Made by a program: the position numbers and the translations under genes
In this document: positions 9,856-19,377 of the stretch, piece by piece
Layout: each line of letters starts with the position of its first letter
How positions within the stretch are numbered: the first letter of the stretch is position 1
IMG/VR virus record: IMGVR_UViG_3300037451_000035
Location: 1 to 64,000 of that record
Direction: 5' to 3' (one strand)
Source of the DNA: a virus
DNA: 64,000 nucleotides
Notes under the pieces: generated by a model
Told to the model about the DNA's origin: nothing
Database searches by the model: none
What the model saw: only the letters and a program-made list of their open reading frames with translations

Positions 9856-10115
9856 AAAAGCCCGTTGTCGAAATGCACTCCGGCATCGCAGTTGTGCGCG
9901 ACGATCTATTTGAGGGCGGTACAAAAGCTCGTTTCCTCCCGGTCTTATTCGAAGGCGTCGACGAGGTCGTCTATGCCAGCCCGGCCGAGGGCGGCGCGCA
10001 ATTCGCCATTGCGACGATTGCCAAGAGTCTTGGCAAAAAGGCGACGATTTTCGTAGCCAAGCGCGCCCAGCCACACCCACGGGGAGGCGGGCGACTTTCT
10101 CGGCGCGCGCGTTGA
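9852..10115 (+). pseudogene. PLP-dependent enzyme (Trp synthase beta/ACC deaminase fold), C-terminally truncated
   Basis: VVRDDLFEGGTKAR with the PLP lysine, YASPAEGGAQ; recognisable sequence stops at HPR (about 10083). Confidence 0.75.
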
Positions 10116-10425
10116 TGCCGGCGACGTCGAGCATGTGCAGGAGATTGTCCAGATGGTAGGCGACTTTCTCGTCCTCTTCCATGCGGAAAAGCTTCTCGAC
10201 CACCGGCAGCATGGCGCGGTCGAGATAAACTTTCTCGCCTAACCGCTCGCTGATATAGGTCCGGACGTCCTTGTTGATATCCGAGCGCGATTCGGACGCT
10301 TCCATGCGCTTGTTCAAGATGTCTTTGACCTGCTTGGCGTTGACCGGCCGCAGGATCTCGCTCGACTTCACATTCTCGGTCTCGCCTTCGGCCTCAGTGT
10401 CTTGTCCGTTCGTTTTCGCCGGCAT
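10084..10425 (-). pseudogene. GapR/DUF2312-like small DNA-binding protein, stop codon lost
   Basis: Helical acidic protein; the frame runs on into the antisense of the + strand genes past 10084. Confidence 0.45.
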
Positions 10426-10705
10426 CGTTCTCTCCGTTGGGTTCGTCGCACAGTTCTTCCCAGAACGTAACGTCGCGCAGCAAGTCCTTCAGCAGTTGGC
10501 CCGCCGCCGGAGCGGCGCCGGCTTGGCCGGTCACCTTGCAGAAGCGCGCGAGGCGGCCGCGCGTGTGCCGGTCCATCGGGACCGGAACAAGCTCGATATC
10601 CTCGTCGTCTTCATCGGCATCCAAGACCGCCTGCATAATGGGCGGGGGTTTAGACGATTCGAGCGAATCGCAACAGCCCTGCGGGGCGAATTTCCCACAG
10701 GTCAA
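10394..10705 (-). CDS. Hypothetical (possibly ribbon-helix-helix) protein
   Basis: Coupled to the Cro-like gene. Confidence 0.45.
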   Translation of the reverse strand: MTCGKFAPQGCCDSLESSKPPPIMQAVLDADEDDEDIELVPVPMDRHTRGRLARFCKVTGQAGAAPAAGQLLKDLLRDVTFWEELCDEPNGENDAGENERTRH

Positions 10706-10995
10706 TTATCGCTGGGGCGGCGGCTCATGTAGATCGTCGGGAGAAGCGGCCAGTCGGCATCCTTGGGCCAATCCGCACGAATTTTATCCAAAATGTCATC
10801 GAGGGTGTGCAGCGCGACCGACTGCCCTTCGGGCGGCGGGCCTTTTTTCAAGTTCTTGAAAAACGAGGATTTTCCATAGAACTGCCGGCTGCAGGTCGAA
10901 AGCGATTTGCCCGTCGCCTCCTGATAGACGGCGAGCACGGCAAATAAATTTCGGAGGATTTGACTGGCGAGCGATTCGGAGCGCGGGGCTGGCAT
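10702..10995 (-). CDS. Cro-like HTH regulator
   Basis: LSTCSRQFYGKSSFFKNL helix-turn-helix and WPKDADWP tail seen in alphaproteobacterial phage Cro-like proteins; divergent from the early operon. Confidence 0.6.
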   Translation of the reverse strand: MPAPRSESLASQILRNLFAVLAVYQEATGKSLSTCSRQFYGKSSFFKNLKKGPPPEGQSVALHTLDDILDKIRADWPKDADWPLLPTIYMSRRPSDN

Positions 10996-11105
10996 GGGGT
11001 GGGACAATAAGCCCGGCCATGGGTATCGCGCAAGCGGGCCTTGCCATCCGGGGAGATTAGCCTTAGTGTCGGCGTTGCGACCTAGGCGAAAGCGAGGTTT
11101 GAGCC
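10996..11105. promoter_or_regulatory. Divergent promoter region
   Basis: Strand switch between the Cro-like gene and the rightward early operon. Confidence 0.45.
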
Positions 11106-11267
11106 ATGACCAGAATCCAGCCCATCGAAGGTTTCCGCCGCGCGCCTCAGGCATCCTCGCCCGATGCGACGTTCTTCATCACCGCCGCGCTCGCGGGCGG
11201 CGCTGGCGTCTTGATCGCAGCGCTCGCGCCTTATATTGCTGCGGTCTTGCTGGTGCTGGCACCATGA
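11106..11267 (+). CDS. Small membrane protein
   Basis: GAGG SD, hydrophobic C-terminus, ATGA coupling to the next gene. Confidence 0.5.
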   Translation: MTRIQPIEGFRRAPQASSPDATFFITAALAGGAGVLIAALAPYIAAVLLVLAP

Positions 11268-11536
11268 GCGCGGCGGTCTGGAAATTCCCGATTCCGATTG
11301 CTGACGAGTTCGTGCTGCGGATGCCGCGCGAAGCCGAGCTTTTGTTCGTCGCGACTCAGAATGAGCAGGGCTGTCTTTGGGCGCGAGTCGTGACTGATGA
11401 TCGAGCCCGACTCGAAGATCGACGGTTCCGCCTTCGCGGGACCGGGCATTTGGTCGATCTCGATTGCAAGCATATTGGCTCGTTCATTTTGTCGGGCGGC
11501 GCGCTCGTCTTCCATCTATTCGAGGTCATCGAATGA
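11264..11536 (+). CDS. Conserved phage hypothetical protein
   Basis: VWKFPIP...MP..AELL...Q...CLWA.V...GTGH...LVFHLFE pattern common in phages. Confidence 0.7.
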   Translation: MSAAVWKFPIPIADEFVLRMPREAELLFVATQNEQGCLWARVVTDDRARLEDRRFRLRGTGHLVDLDCKHIGSFILSGGALVFHLFEVIE

Positions 11537-11748
11537 CCGCCCGGCCGCCCCCGCCCTACGAGCCGCGCCGCGAGCGCGTCCTGATCCACGTCGTCGCGAA
11601 GCTGACGGGCATTGATTATTGCGATGACCCCGACATCAACGCCCGTGCCATCGTCGCCGCGAACGAGACCTACCACGAGCGCATCAATGATCTGGACTGG
11701 AGGGCCGCAATCCTGCGGCGGCTCGGATATGAGGGGCCGACGCTATGA
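11533..11748 (+). CDS. Hypothetical protein
   Basis: ATGA coupling at both ends. Confidence 0.55.
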   Translation: MTARPPPPYEPRRERVLIHVVAKLTGIDYCDDPDINARAIVAANETYHERINDLDWRAAILRRLGYEGPTL

Positions 11749-12041
11749 GCGAGCATACGCCGGGACCGTGGCGCATCGGTCGCCAATCCTATTTTGTGGC
11801 GGCTGGCGCGCGGGGGCGAACATCGATCGCGCACTGCATCTGGACCGGAAGCATTGCCTCCCAGGCGACAAATCCGAGCCTTGAACAAGCTGAGGCCAAC
11901 GCGCGCTTGATCGCTGCTGCGCCGGAATTGCTCGCGGCTTGCGAAGAGTTCGTCAGTAAGTATTCAGCGGACGCTTCGATCATGCTGAAGATGAAGGCCG
12001 CCATCGCCAAAGCCAAAGGAGAACCCGATGCCGCTTCCTGA
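11745..12041 (+). CDS. Phage early protein (HTPGPW...ANARLIAAAPELL family)
   Basis: Characteristic motifs. Confidence 0.8.
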   Translation: MSEHTPGPWRIGRQSYFVAAGARGRTSIAHCIWTGSIASQATNPSLEQAEANARLIAAAPELLAACEEFVSKYSADASIMLKMKAAIAKAKGEPDAAS

Positions 12042-12483
12042 AGGATACCTGCCCCGCAAGGGCGACATTCTCGTTTTGCACGTCAAGACTCGTTTCGATG
12101 TGCGCGACGACGACCTTGAAGGACGGAAGCTTTACGTCAATGTCCATCCGGTCGGCGAATCCCGTTATCACCATTTTCGCGTCCACCTTGACGAGATCGA
12201 GCGCATTTGGTGCCGGCATTGGGAGACGGGCGCCAAGATTCAGTTGAAGCGCCGCGAGCCAGCCGAACGTCGGCCCGGCGAAGTGCTGGCGGTCGAAGGC
12301 GAGTTCGTTTGGGTGAAATTCTCCGACAGCGGCGAGCGCTTCATGACGCTGCACGCGAATCAGATTGAGCCCCGGGAAGAACCACCCGAGGCGCAACAGC
12401 CGGCGTTTGACGTCGCCGGAGCCGCGGTCGAAATGGCCGCAATCCCCGAGCCGGCCCGTACCAACGTCCGGAGCCGATTCTGA
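12028..12483 (+). CDS. Hypothetical protein
   Basis: AGGAG SD, operon position. Confidence 0.65.
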   Translation: MPLPEGYLPRKGDILVLHVKTRFDVRDDDLEGRKLYVNVHPVGESRYHHFRVHLDEIERIWCRHWETGAKIQLKRREPAERRPGEVLAVEGEFVWVKFSDSGERFMTLHANQIEPREEPPEAQQPAFDVAGAAVEMAAIPEPARTNVRSRF

Positions 12484-12501
12484 CCCTGAAGGACGAATCC
12501 G

Positions 12502-13434
12502 ATGGCACAGACTGAAACCTTGGCCCCGATAGGCCATAACAAGCCCCCGACACTCGCCCAGCAGATCGCCGAGGAAGAAGGCGATTTTGCTCAATTGACG
12601 ACCGAATATCTCGAGGCCGAATACGCCAAGCAAAAGAAGATCACGGTCGAATTGCTGGCCGAGGCGACCGCGCTGATGCGCGACGAGGCCGGCAAGATCA
12701 AGGCCATCGACGGCCCGGAAATGAAGTCGAAGGTCGTCTCTCTGATTCGCCGGATGCGCGATCATTGGAAGGCGCTCGATGCTTTCCACACCAAGGAAAA
12801 GCAGCCGTACAAGCGCGGCGGCGAGGCGGGCGATCAATTCTTCTTCGGCGACATGGACAAGCTGGGCAAGCGCACGAAGACGAGTAATCCCGGCGCCGCC
12901 GATATCCTCGGGCAAATCCTGACCGATCACGACAACAAACTGTTGGCTGAGGAACAAGAACGCCGGCGCGTCCAGGCCGAAGAGGACGAGCGCGTTGCCC
13001 GCGAAGCGCAAGCCGAGCGTGACCGACTCCAGCGCGAAGCCGACGAAGCCGCCGAGGCCGCGGCGCGCGCGCGCAATCCCGAGCGCAAGGAGGAAAAGCA
13101 AGAGGTCGCCCAGGAGGCGATGCAAGCCGCTAGCACGGCCGCGGTTACTGCCGCTGTCACCACCGCGCGCGCCGAGGAATCCTATGTCTCCACCCTCGCC
13201 AAGCCTGCCGATATCGTGCGCACGCGCCATGACGACGGCTCTATGTCCACCATGGCCCAAGAGTCCTACGCCGAGATCGTCGATCGCAACAAACTTCCGA
13301 TGGCTATTCTCTGGCCGCACATTCCGCTCGACGGCTTGCAAAAGGCGGTGATGGCTTATGCCAAGCTGAATAATTACAATGTCACGCTCGAAGGCGCGGC
13401 AATCGGGCGGCGGAATAAATCGAGAGTGAAATGA
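12502..13434 (+). CDS. Coiled-coil phage protein of the recombination module
   Basis: IGHNKPP N-terminus, long E/A/R-rich helix. Confidence 0.7.
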   Translation: MAQTETLAPIGHNKPPTLAQQIAEEEGDFAQLTTEYLEAEYAKQKKITVELLAEATALMRDEAGKIKAIDGPEMKSKVVSLIRRMRDHWKALDAFHTKEKQPYKRGGEAGDQFFFGDMDKLGKRTKTSNPGAADILGQILTDHDNKLLAEEQERRRVQAEEDERVAREAQAERDRLQREADEAAEAAARARNPERKEEKQEVAQEAMQAASTAAVTAAVTTARAEESYVSTLAKPADIVRTRHDDGSMSTMAQESYAEIVDRNKLPMAILWPHIPLDGLQKAVMAYAKLNNYNVTLEGAAIGRRNKSRVK

Positions 13435-13735
13435 AAACGCTCGTCGCCCTCGTCGGCACTAAATTCCGCGGCCGGGAAGCAATGGACATGCTGGCGGCGC
13501 TTCCGCAAGGCGAGCCCCTGACACTGATCCGCGAACCGACGAATCAATTCGATCCGCGCTGTGTCCAAGTATGGGCGCGCGGTGTGCACATCGGCTTCAT
13601 TAAGAAAAAGAGCAGAACAAGGCGATCTCGGCGAAGATGGATCGGGCGCGCCTCGATTCGTCTGAGGCCGTGTCCTTTCCGGCGAAGCTGGCAATTGACG
13701 GCGGCAAGCAGCCGATGGTGGAGATCGACGAATGA
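13431..13735 (+). CDS. HIRAN-domain protein (natural C-terminus in the -1 frame)
   Basis: VGTKFR, LIREPTNQFDPRCVQV, HIGFI; the -1 frame after aagaaaaag gives EQNKAISAK...MVEIDE* coupled to the next ATG. Confidence 0.75.
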
Positions 13736-13899
13736 TGAAGGATAGAAGCGACGTTTTCGGCGCGTTCCTTGCAATCGGACTGATCTCGGCGGGCATCGCG
13801 GCGACCTTTGGAGGATTTTGTCTTTGCTATATCGGAGGCGCTTTGCTTCTGGCCATTCTAACCGACCCACCCTCAAAATGGAGAAGGACTGATGGTTAA
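13732..13899 (+). CDS. Small membrane protein
   Basis: MMKDRSDVFGAFLAIGLISAGIAATFGGFCLCYIGGALLLAIL; below the ORF-track size cut-off. Confidence 0.5.
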   Translation: MMKDRSDVFGAFLAIGLISAGIAATFGGFCLCYIGGALLLAILTDPPSKWRRTDG

Positions 13900-14881
13900 G
13901 ACCACGACCAAACAAAAGACCGCGGCTGACGGCGAACTTCTTTTCAACGCCCAGCCGCAGACAGCCGAGCAAGCCGCGAGCGGGAAAGCCGTCGCGGTGC
14001 GCACGCCCTCGGTTCGTAAGAAATTCCTCGAAAAGGCCGCCGAGCCCGAAAGCCGCGTGGTCCCCATGACCGGCCTCGCCGAAATCCTCGGCGTCTTCGA
14101 GCGGCTGGCGGTGAACAAGGATGTCAATCCCGATTCGCTCGACAAGCTGCTCGCCGTGCAAGAGCGCCTTATCGACCGCAATGCGAAGCTGGCCTTCGAT
14201 CAGGCATTCGTCGCCATGACGGCCGAACTTCCTTTGATCCCGAAGCTGGGCCGGATTATCTTTCAAGAAAAAACGACGAGCGGAAGGCGCGACGGCGATA
14301 TCGCTCAGAACACGCCGTATCCGAAATGGGAGACGACCGGCGAACTGATAAAGCCGGTTTTGCAAAAGCACGGCTTCGGATTGAGCCATAGAATGAGTTC
14401 GATCATCGAGAACGGCGAGCGGCGCCTTCGCGTCACCGCCCGGCTGATTCATGTTGGCGGCTATACCGACGAGGGTTGCTATTTCGATTTGTTAGCCGAC
14501 ACGACCGGGAGCAAAAATAATGCCCAGGCCTGGGCGTCTTCCTCGACTTACGCAAAGCGCCATACCGCGTTCGCCGTCCTTGGCCTTCTCACCGAAGATG
14601 ACGACGATGATGCAAAAGGCTCCGGCCGCCCCGTCGTCATGGGCGACCCGCTGACCGAGGAAGAACTGGAAAAGATCAAGGAGTTCGGCTCCGCCGCGCT
14701 GTGCAGCGAGCCGGCGCTGGTCTCGCACCTGAATAAGACGCGGCCGAAAGGCCACCCCGAGATCAAAAAGCTCGCCGATCTTCCGCGCTCCCGGTACGAC
14801 GAAGCCGTGCAGGCGATCTCCAGCTACGACGCCAATCGGCGTGCGCGTGAAGCGGATGCCAGCAAGGCCACCCAGAAATGA
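13892..14881 (+). CDS. erf: ERF-family single-strand annealing protein
   Basis: AFDQAF..M.AELP.I.K, IKPVLQKHGFGL, NAQAWASSSTYAKRH. Confidence 0.85.
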   Translation: MVKTTTKQKTAADGELLFNAQPQTAEQAASGKAVAVRTPSVRKKFLEKAAEPESRVVPMTGLAEILGVFERLAVNKDVNPDSLDKLLAVQERLIDRNAKLAFDQAFVAMTAELPLIPKLGRIIFQEKTTSGRRDGDIAQNTPYPKWETTGELIKPVLQKHGFGLSHRMSSIIENGERRLRVTARLIHVGGYTDEGCYFDLLADTTGSKNNAQAWASSSTYAKRHTAFAVLGLLTEDDDDDAKGSGRPVVMGDPLTEEELEKIKEFGSAALCSEPALVSHLNKTRPKGHPEIKKLADLPRSRYDEAVQAISSYDANRRAREADASKATQK

Positions 14882-15570
14882 GCCGCGCCGTCGCCAAGCC
14901 AAAGCCGCTCGAAGATATCGTCGAGGTCTTCAGCGCCGAGGATTATCCGCAGGGTTCCGAGGCATGGTTCGGCCTTCGGCTCGGCATGGCGACGGCATCC
15001 AATTTCCGCACCATCATGGCGGCCGGCGAGGACGGCGACGAAGCCAAGACTCGCCGGCGGCTGCTCTATCGGCTGGCCGGCGAGCATTTCAGCAAGAAGC
15101 CGGCGAACACCTATGAGAACGAGGCCATGCGCCGCGGCCGCGCTATGGAAGCGGCGGCGTTGGAGGATTACGCTTTCACGCGCGGCGTCGAGGTCGAGCG
15201 CGTCGGTTTTGTTCGCCGCACGATCAAGCGGACGCCCTTTGCCGATCTCGTCGTCGGATGCAGCCCCGACGGGCTGGTCGGCAAGAGCAAGGTCGTCCAG
15301 ATCAAAACCATGGAGCCCGAACTGATCGTCCAGATGGTCGATCATTCCCGCTTTCCCGCCGAGCATCGCGCGCAATGTCAAGGCGAACTTTGGGTGACGG
15401 GGCGCGAAAGCTGCGATCTGAAAATCTTTTACGCCGGAATGCCGCTCGGCCGCACGTTCACGCTGCAACGCGACGAGTCCTATATCGCGACGATTCGGAA
15501 AGAGGTCGAGAAATTCGATTACGAACTTCGGATGCTGATCGACAGCATTAAAGCGAAGGGGATGCAATGA
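14878..15570 (+). CDS. YqaJ/lambda-type exonuclease
   Basis: QGSEAWFGLRLGMATAS, GCSPDGLV, QIK, QCQGELWV. Confidence 0.9.
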   Translation: MSRAVAKPKPLEDIVEVFSAEDYPQGSEAWFGLRLGMATASNFRTIMAAGEDGDEAKTRRRLLYRLAGEHFSKKPANTYENEAMRRGRAMEAAALEDYAFTRGVEVERVGFVRRTIKRTPFADLVVGCSPDGLVGKSKVVQIKTMEPELIVQMVDHSRFPAEHRAQCQGELWVTGRESCDLKIFYAGMPLGRTFTLQRDESYIATIRKEVEKFDYELRMLIDSIKAKGMQ

Positions 15571-16175
15571 AGCACCGCATCCTCCCGATCGTTTGTGTTT
15601 GGCGCACGGTCGACGTGCACGACTCCGAAAGCGGCGAGGTTCGCCAGCGGCGCGCCATGGTACCGCTGGAGCGCTACGACAATCTTTCCGCTCGGCAATA
15701 CCATGAAGGCGAGGAATATCCGCTCGTCCCGCTGGAGCCGCGGTCGCGCGCGAGCCACAACGCGTATTTCGCCGAGCTCAACGAGGCGTTCGACAATCTC
15801 CCCGAAGGCAAGCGGCTTGTGGCAATCGCCGAAGAACTCGGCATCACGACTATTCCGCCCGGCGGCTTTATGAACTCCGAGCACTTCCGCGCCTGGGCGC
15901 TCTGTCAAACCGGCTGGTGCGAGACCATGGAGTTTGACTTCGACGAAAAGGCCGACGCCCGAATGGTTGCCAGCAAATTTCGCAAAAAGGACGCCTACGC
16001 GCAGATCCTCGTGCGCGGCTCTCATGTGACGATCAAGGAAGCAGTATCGCAATCGGCGGCCGCCATGTCGAAAGAGCCCTTCGAGAAATCCAAGCATGAC
16101 GTGTTGGACCTTTTGACGTCGATGGTCGGCGTCTCTCGCGGCGAATTGAAGAAGCAAGCAGGAAGAAGCGCATGA
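15567..16175 (+). CDS. NinB/DUF1367-like recombination accessory protein
   Basis: RS.ASHNAYFAEL, SEHFRAWAL..TGW, MSKEPF; position after the exonuclease. Confidence 0.55.
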   Translation: MKHRILPIVCVWRTVDVHDSESGEVRQRRAMVPLERYDNLSARQYHEGEEYPLVPLEPRSRASHNAYFAELNEAFDNLPEGKRLVAIAEELGITTIPPGGFMNSEHFRAWALCQTGWCETMEFDFDEKADARMVASKFRKKDAYAQILVRGSHVTIKEAVSQSAAAMSKEPFEKSKHDVLDLLTSMVGVSRGELKKQAGRSA

Positions 16176-16492
16176 AGCCGCTGACCGATTTGCCGCTGTT
16201 TCGATACCCCGCGCAGCCCGGCTTCAAGGCTGGCGGTACGTCGCGCGACGCCGCGCGCGCCGTGGCGGCTGGAGCGCCGAATGTCCGCGAAAAGGTTTTC
16301 GACGCCATCGCCGCGTCGGAGCCGCGAGGATTGACCGCCGACGAGGCGGCGAGCGCGGTGGGCCGCAAGCCAGCCTATATCAGACCAAGAATAAGTGAAT
16401 TGCGAGCTGCTGGCCGCATAATGCCGAGCGGAGAACTTCGAAAAAACGAAAGCAATTTGTCTGCCAAAGTGTGGAAAATCTCACATGAATAA
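16172..16492 (+). CDS. Winged-helix DNA-binding protein
   Basis: TSRDAA...GLTADE...IRPRISEL...SGELRKN. Confidence 0.7.
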   Translation: MKPLTDLPLFRYPAQPGFKAGGTSRDAARAVAAGAPNVREKVFDAIAASEPRGLTADEAASAVGRKPAYIRPRISELRAAGRIMPSGELRKNESNLSAKVWKISHE

Positions 16493-17054
16493 AATCAAGC
16501 CGACAGACAAAGTGCCGGATCATGCCGAATGGCGTCCGTTTCCCTTAAACCCGGTCTATTTGGTCAGCGAATTTGGGCACATGACCAAAATCAACGGTCG
16601 CGGTTTGTTGCGTCCATATCCCATGAAAAACAAACCCTATTTCACCTATACGCCAACGCTTCAGACTGGCGGCACGCGGACTTTTGGATGCCATGTAATT
16701 GTTGCCCTCACCTTTATAGGGCGGCGTCCATCGAAAAGGCATGAAGTGGCCCACAATGATGGCGACGGCAGCTACTGTCACTTTTCCAATCTTCGATGGG
16801 CGACTAAGAAAAGCAATTCTGCAGATACGATTCGACATGGGCGAATAGCTACCGGGCTTCGAAACGGACAGCACACCCACCCAGAAAAACGACCGCGCGG
16901 AGAACGCGCTGGCCGAGCCGTTCTGACGGATAATCTAGTCCGCTATATCCGCAAGACCGATAAGTCGATTCGGGCTCTTTCGCGAGAATTGGGCGTTTCT
17001 CGTTTTGCGATCAAATGCGCCAAACGGCGAATATCGTGGACGCACATTCAATGA
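16485..17054 (+). CDS. HNH homing endonuclease (NUMOD4/HNH_3-like)
   Basis: EWRPFP..Y.VSEFG, HVIVALTFIG, VAHNDGD...NLRW; lower GC than its neighbours. Confidence 0.85.
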   Translation: MNKIKPTDKVPDHAEWRPFPLNPVYLVSEFGHMTKINGRGLLRPYPMKNKPYFTYTPTLQTGGTRTFGCHVIVALTFIGRRPSKRHEVAHNDGDGSYCHFSNLRWATKKSNSADTIRHGRIATGLRNGQHTHPEKRPRGERAGRAVLTDNLVRYIRKTDKSIRALSRELGVSRFAIKCAKRRISWTHIQ

Positions 17055-17386
17055 CACAAAAATTCAGCGCCGAGCAAAAGCTGGACGTCCTCGCTGGCGT
17101 CATTGGCCGACTTTGCGGAACTGGCGACCGAACCGCGGTACCGACCGTCGATCAAATCGCCGTCTTGCGCTCAATCGAGGTCGAGATACGGTCGCAATCA
17201 GATCGCCAGATCGGCAAGGTATTAGAAGCGATGACCTTTCAGGTCGAAATGGCGAGGCGCTCGAAGGCGCGGCTGGGTTTCATCGAGCATGGAAATATGC
17301 AGACACTTGCTGAGGGAATTTGCGGCGCTTGGTGGACGACAATCAAACATTGCCTCCAGCACGAGAAAGAGGCGGCAAAAACATGA
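17051..17386 (+). CDS. Hypothetical protein
   Basis: Coupled ORF. Confidence 0.55.
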   Translation: MTQKFSAEQKLDVLAGVIGRLCGTGDRTAVPTVDQIAVLRSIEVEIRSQSDRQIGKVLEAMTFQVEMARRSKARLGFIEHGNMQTLAEGICGAWWTTIKHCLQHEKEAAKT

Positions 17387-19146
17387 GCGACCTACCGATT
17401 CCCGAAGCCGCGCTCGACAAGCACATCGCTTTCCTCGGCGCCACCGGCTCCGGCAAGACCAGCGCCGACAAGGCGGCCGTGATCGAGCCGGTGCTGGAGG
17501 CGAACGGCCGCGCGCTCATCATCGACCCGAAAGGCGACTGGTGGGGCTTGCGGCTCTCCAAGAGCGGCAAGCGCGAAGGCTATCCAATTCCGATCTTCGG
17601 TGGCCGGCACGCCGACTATCCTTTGCGCGTCAAAGACGCCGCCGCGCTCGCCGAAGCCTACGGCACGTCGCATGGCTCGGCGGTGTTCGATACCAGCCTG
17701 ATGTCGGTCGAGGACCGCGCACAGTGGTTTATCAATTTCGCCGAAGCGCTGATGCGCAAGAACCGCGGCCGCGTCCACGTCGTCCTCGACGAGTGCCATA
17801 TTTTTGCACCGAAGGCCGGCGCCAAGATTCACGGCCTCGCGCCGCGAATGCTTCATGCGGCGAACAATCTGGCGAGCCTGGGCCGCGGGCTCGGCTTGCG
17901 AATCTCGATGCTCTCCCAGCGCCCCGCCAAGGTGCACAACGATCTGTTGTCGTGCGCGAAGACCATGGTGGCAATGCAAATGGTGCTGCCGCACGATCGC
18001 GACGCGGTGCGCGATTGGATTGTCGATCAGGCCGACCCGTCGGTCGGCAAGGAAATCGTCGCGTCCCTTCCCTCGCTGAAGCCCGGCGAGGCGTGGGTCT
18101 GGTATCCGCTCGGCGGCTATCTGAAGCGCAAGCGATTCCCTTTGCCGCAGACTTTCGACGCCAGCGCGGCGCCGAGCGACGACCCGGGCGAGGGCCCGAC
18201 GCTGGCGCCGATCAATCTCGACAAGCTCCAAGGAAAGCTTGCGAGCATCGAGGAAGAGCGCAAGGCCAACGATCCGGCGGCGCTGAAGAAGCGCGTCGCC
18301 GATCTCGAAGGCGAGGTCCGGCGGCTCGAGACGGCGGCGCCGGTCGCGCCGGCAAAGCCCGACAAGGACGCGCTGGCCGAAGCACAAAGACTCGGCTTTG
18401 CCCAGGCGGAGCGAAAGCTGGCCGCCGCCATGCGCCGGGAATTGGCCCGCAAGCTGAAGGAAGGGCTCGCCGCCATGCGCCGGCACGCCGCCGGAGCGAT
18501 CGAGCGCATCGACCACGAATTGCGCAAGATCGACGCCAAGGACGTCGCGCTGGCGGCCGCCTATGAACCGCCGGCCGCCCAGCCCGCCCCGGCGCGGCCT
18601 CCAGCGCGCGCCAACGGCCCAGCGCCCTCGCCAGCGCGGGCGCCCGTAGCGCGCCCCGCCAGCCCGCGCTCCGAGGCCGAGGCCGGCAACGGTGCGATCC
18701 CCCAGGGTGAGAGAGCCGTCCTGACGGCTATCGCCATGTATCCCGACGGCGCCGAGCGGGAACTTGTCGGCGTGCTCTCCGGCTACAAGCGCTCGACTCG
18801 GGACCGCTACATTCAATCGGTGACCGGCAAAGGCTACGCCGAAATCCGCGGCAACGATCTCTTCGCCACCCAAGACGGCATCGACGCGCTGGGAGATTTC
18901 ACGCCGCTGCCGACCGGCCGTGCGTTGCAGGAATACTGGCTTCAACGATTGCCGGAAGGCGAGCGCCGAATCCTTGGCTGTCTGATCGAATCGTATCCGA
19001 ATGCGGTCGAGCGCGATCCGCTCGGCGAGGCGGTCGCCTATAAGCGCTCGACGCGCGATCGTTATTTGCAAACGCTGGCGACGCGCAAGCTTGTGACCGC
19101 CGAGCGTGGCATGGTGCGCGCGGCTGATATTCTTTTCGAGGCATGA
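17383..19146 (+). CDS. HerA/FtsK-like P-loop ATPase (DUF87-type) with C-terminal HTH repeats
   Basis: Walker A GATGSGKT, IIDPKGDW, VVLDECH, SQRPA; duplicated GER.IL...YP...YKRSTRDRY modules. Confidence 0.85.
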   Translation: MSDLPIPEAALDKHIAFLGATGSGKTSADKAAVIEPVLEANGRALIIDPKGDWWGLRLSKSGKREGYPIPIFGGRHADYPLRVKDAAALAEAYGTSHGSAVFDTSLMSVEDRAQWFINFAEALMRKNRGRVHVVLDECHIFAPKAGAKIHGLAPRMLHAANNLASLGRGLGLRISMLSQRPAKVHNDLLSCAKTMVAMQMVLPHDRDAVRDWIVDQADPSVGKEIVASLPSLKPGEAWVWYPLGGYLKRKRFPLPQTFDASAAPSDDPGEGPTLAPINLDKLQGKLASIEEERKANDPAALKKRVADLEGEVRRLETAAPVAPAKPDKDALAEAQRLGFAQAERKLAAAMRRELARKLKEGLAAMRRHAAGAIERIDHELRKIDAKDVALAAAYEPPAAQPAPARPPARANGPAPSPARAPVARPASPRSEAEAGNGAIPQGERAVLTAIAMYPDGAERELVGVLSGYKRSTRDRYIQSVTGKGYAEIRGNDLFATQDGIDALGDFTPLPTGRALQEYWLQRLPEGERRILGCLIESYPNAVERDPLGEAVAYKRSTRDRYLQTLATRKLVTAERGMVRAADILFEA

Positions 19147-19370
19147 TGATGACCGCCGCAGAAATTCAAGCCAAGCGCGCCAATCTTCGGGCCATCGCCA
19201 AATCAACAGACGATCCCGGCGAGAAGCATTGGTGCAAAGTCTTTATCGCCAATCTCGACCTGATGGCGTCGGACAACGAGGAAGAACTCGAGCGCGGCAA
19301 GCGGACGTTCGAGCAGAACGTCGATTGGTACACGCGCCTATTTTTGCCAACCCGAAATTCACGGGGTTAA
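19143..19370 (+). CDS. Hypothetical protein
   Basis: Coupled ORF. Confidence 0.5.
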   Translation: MMMTAAEIQAKRANLRAIAKSTDDPGEKHWCKVFIANLDLMASDNEEELERGKRTFEQNVDWYTRLFLPTRNSRG

Positions 19371-19377
19371 TGCCTAA

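Noticed and set aside
9376-10083. 349-aa minus ORF as a real long protein
   Set aside because: Beyond ~10084 it is the antisense of the methylase and PLP genes, open only because the stop was deleted
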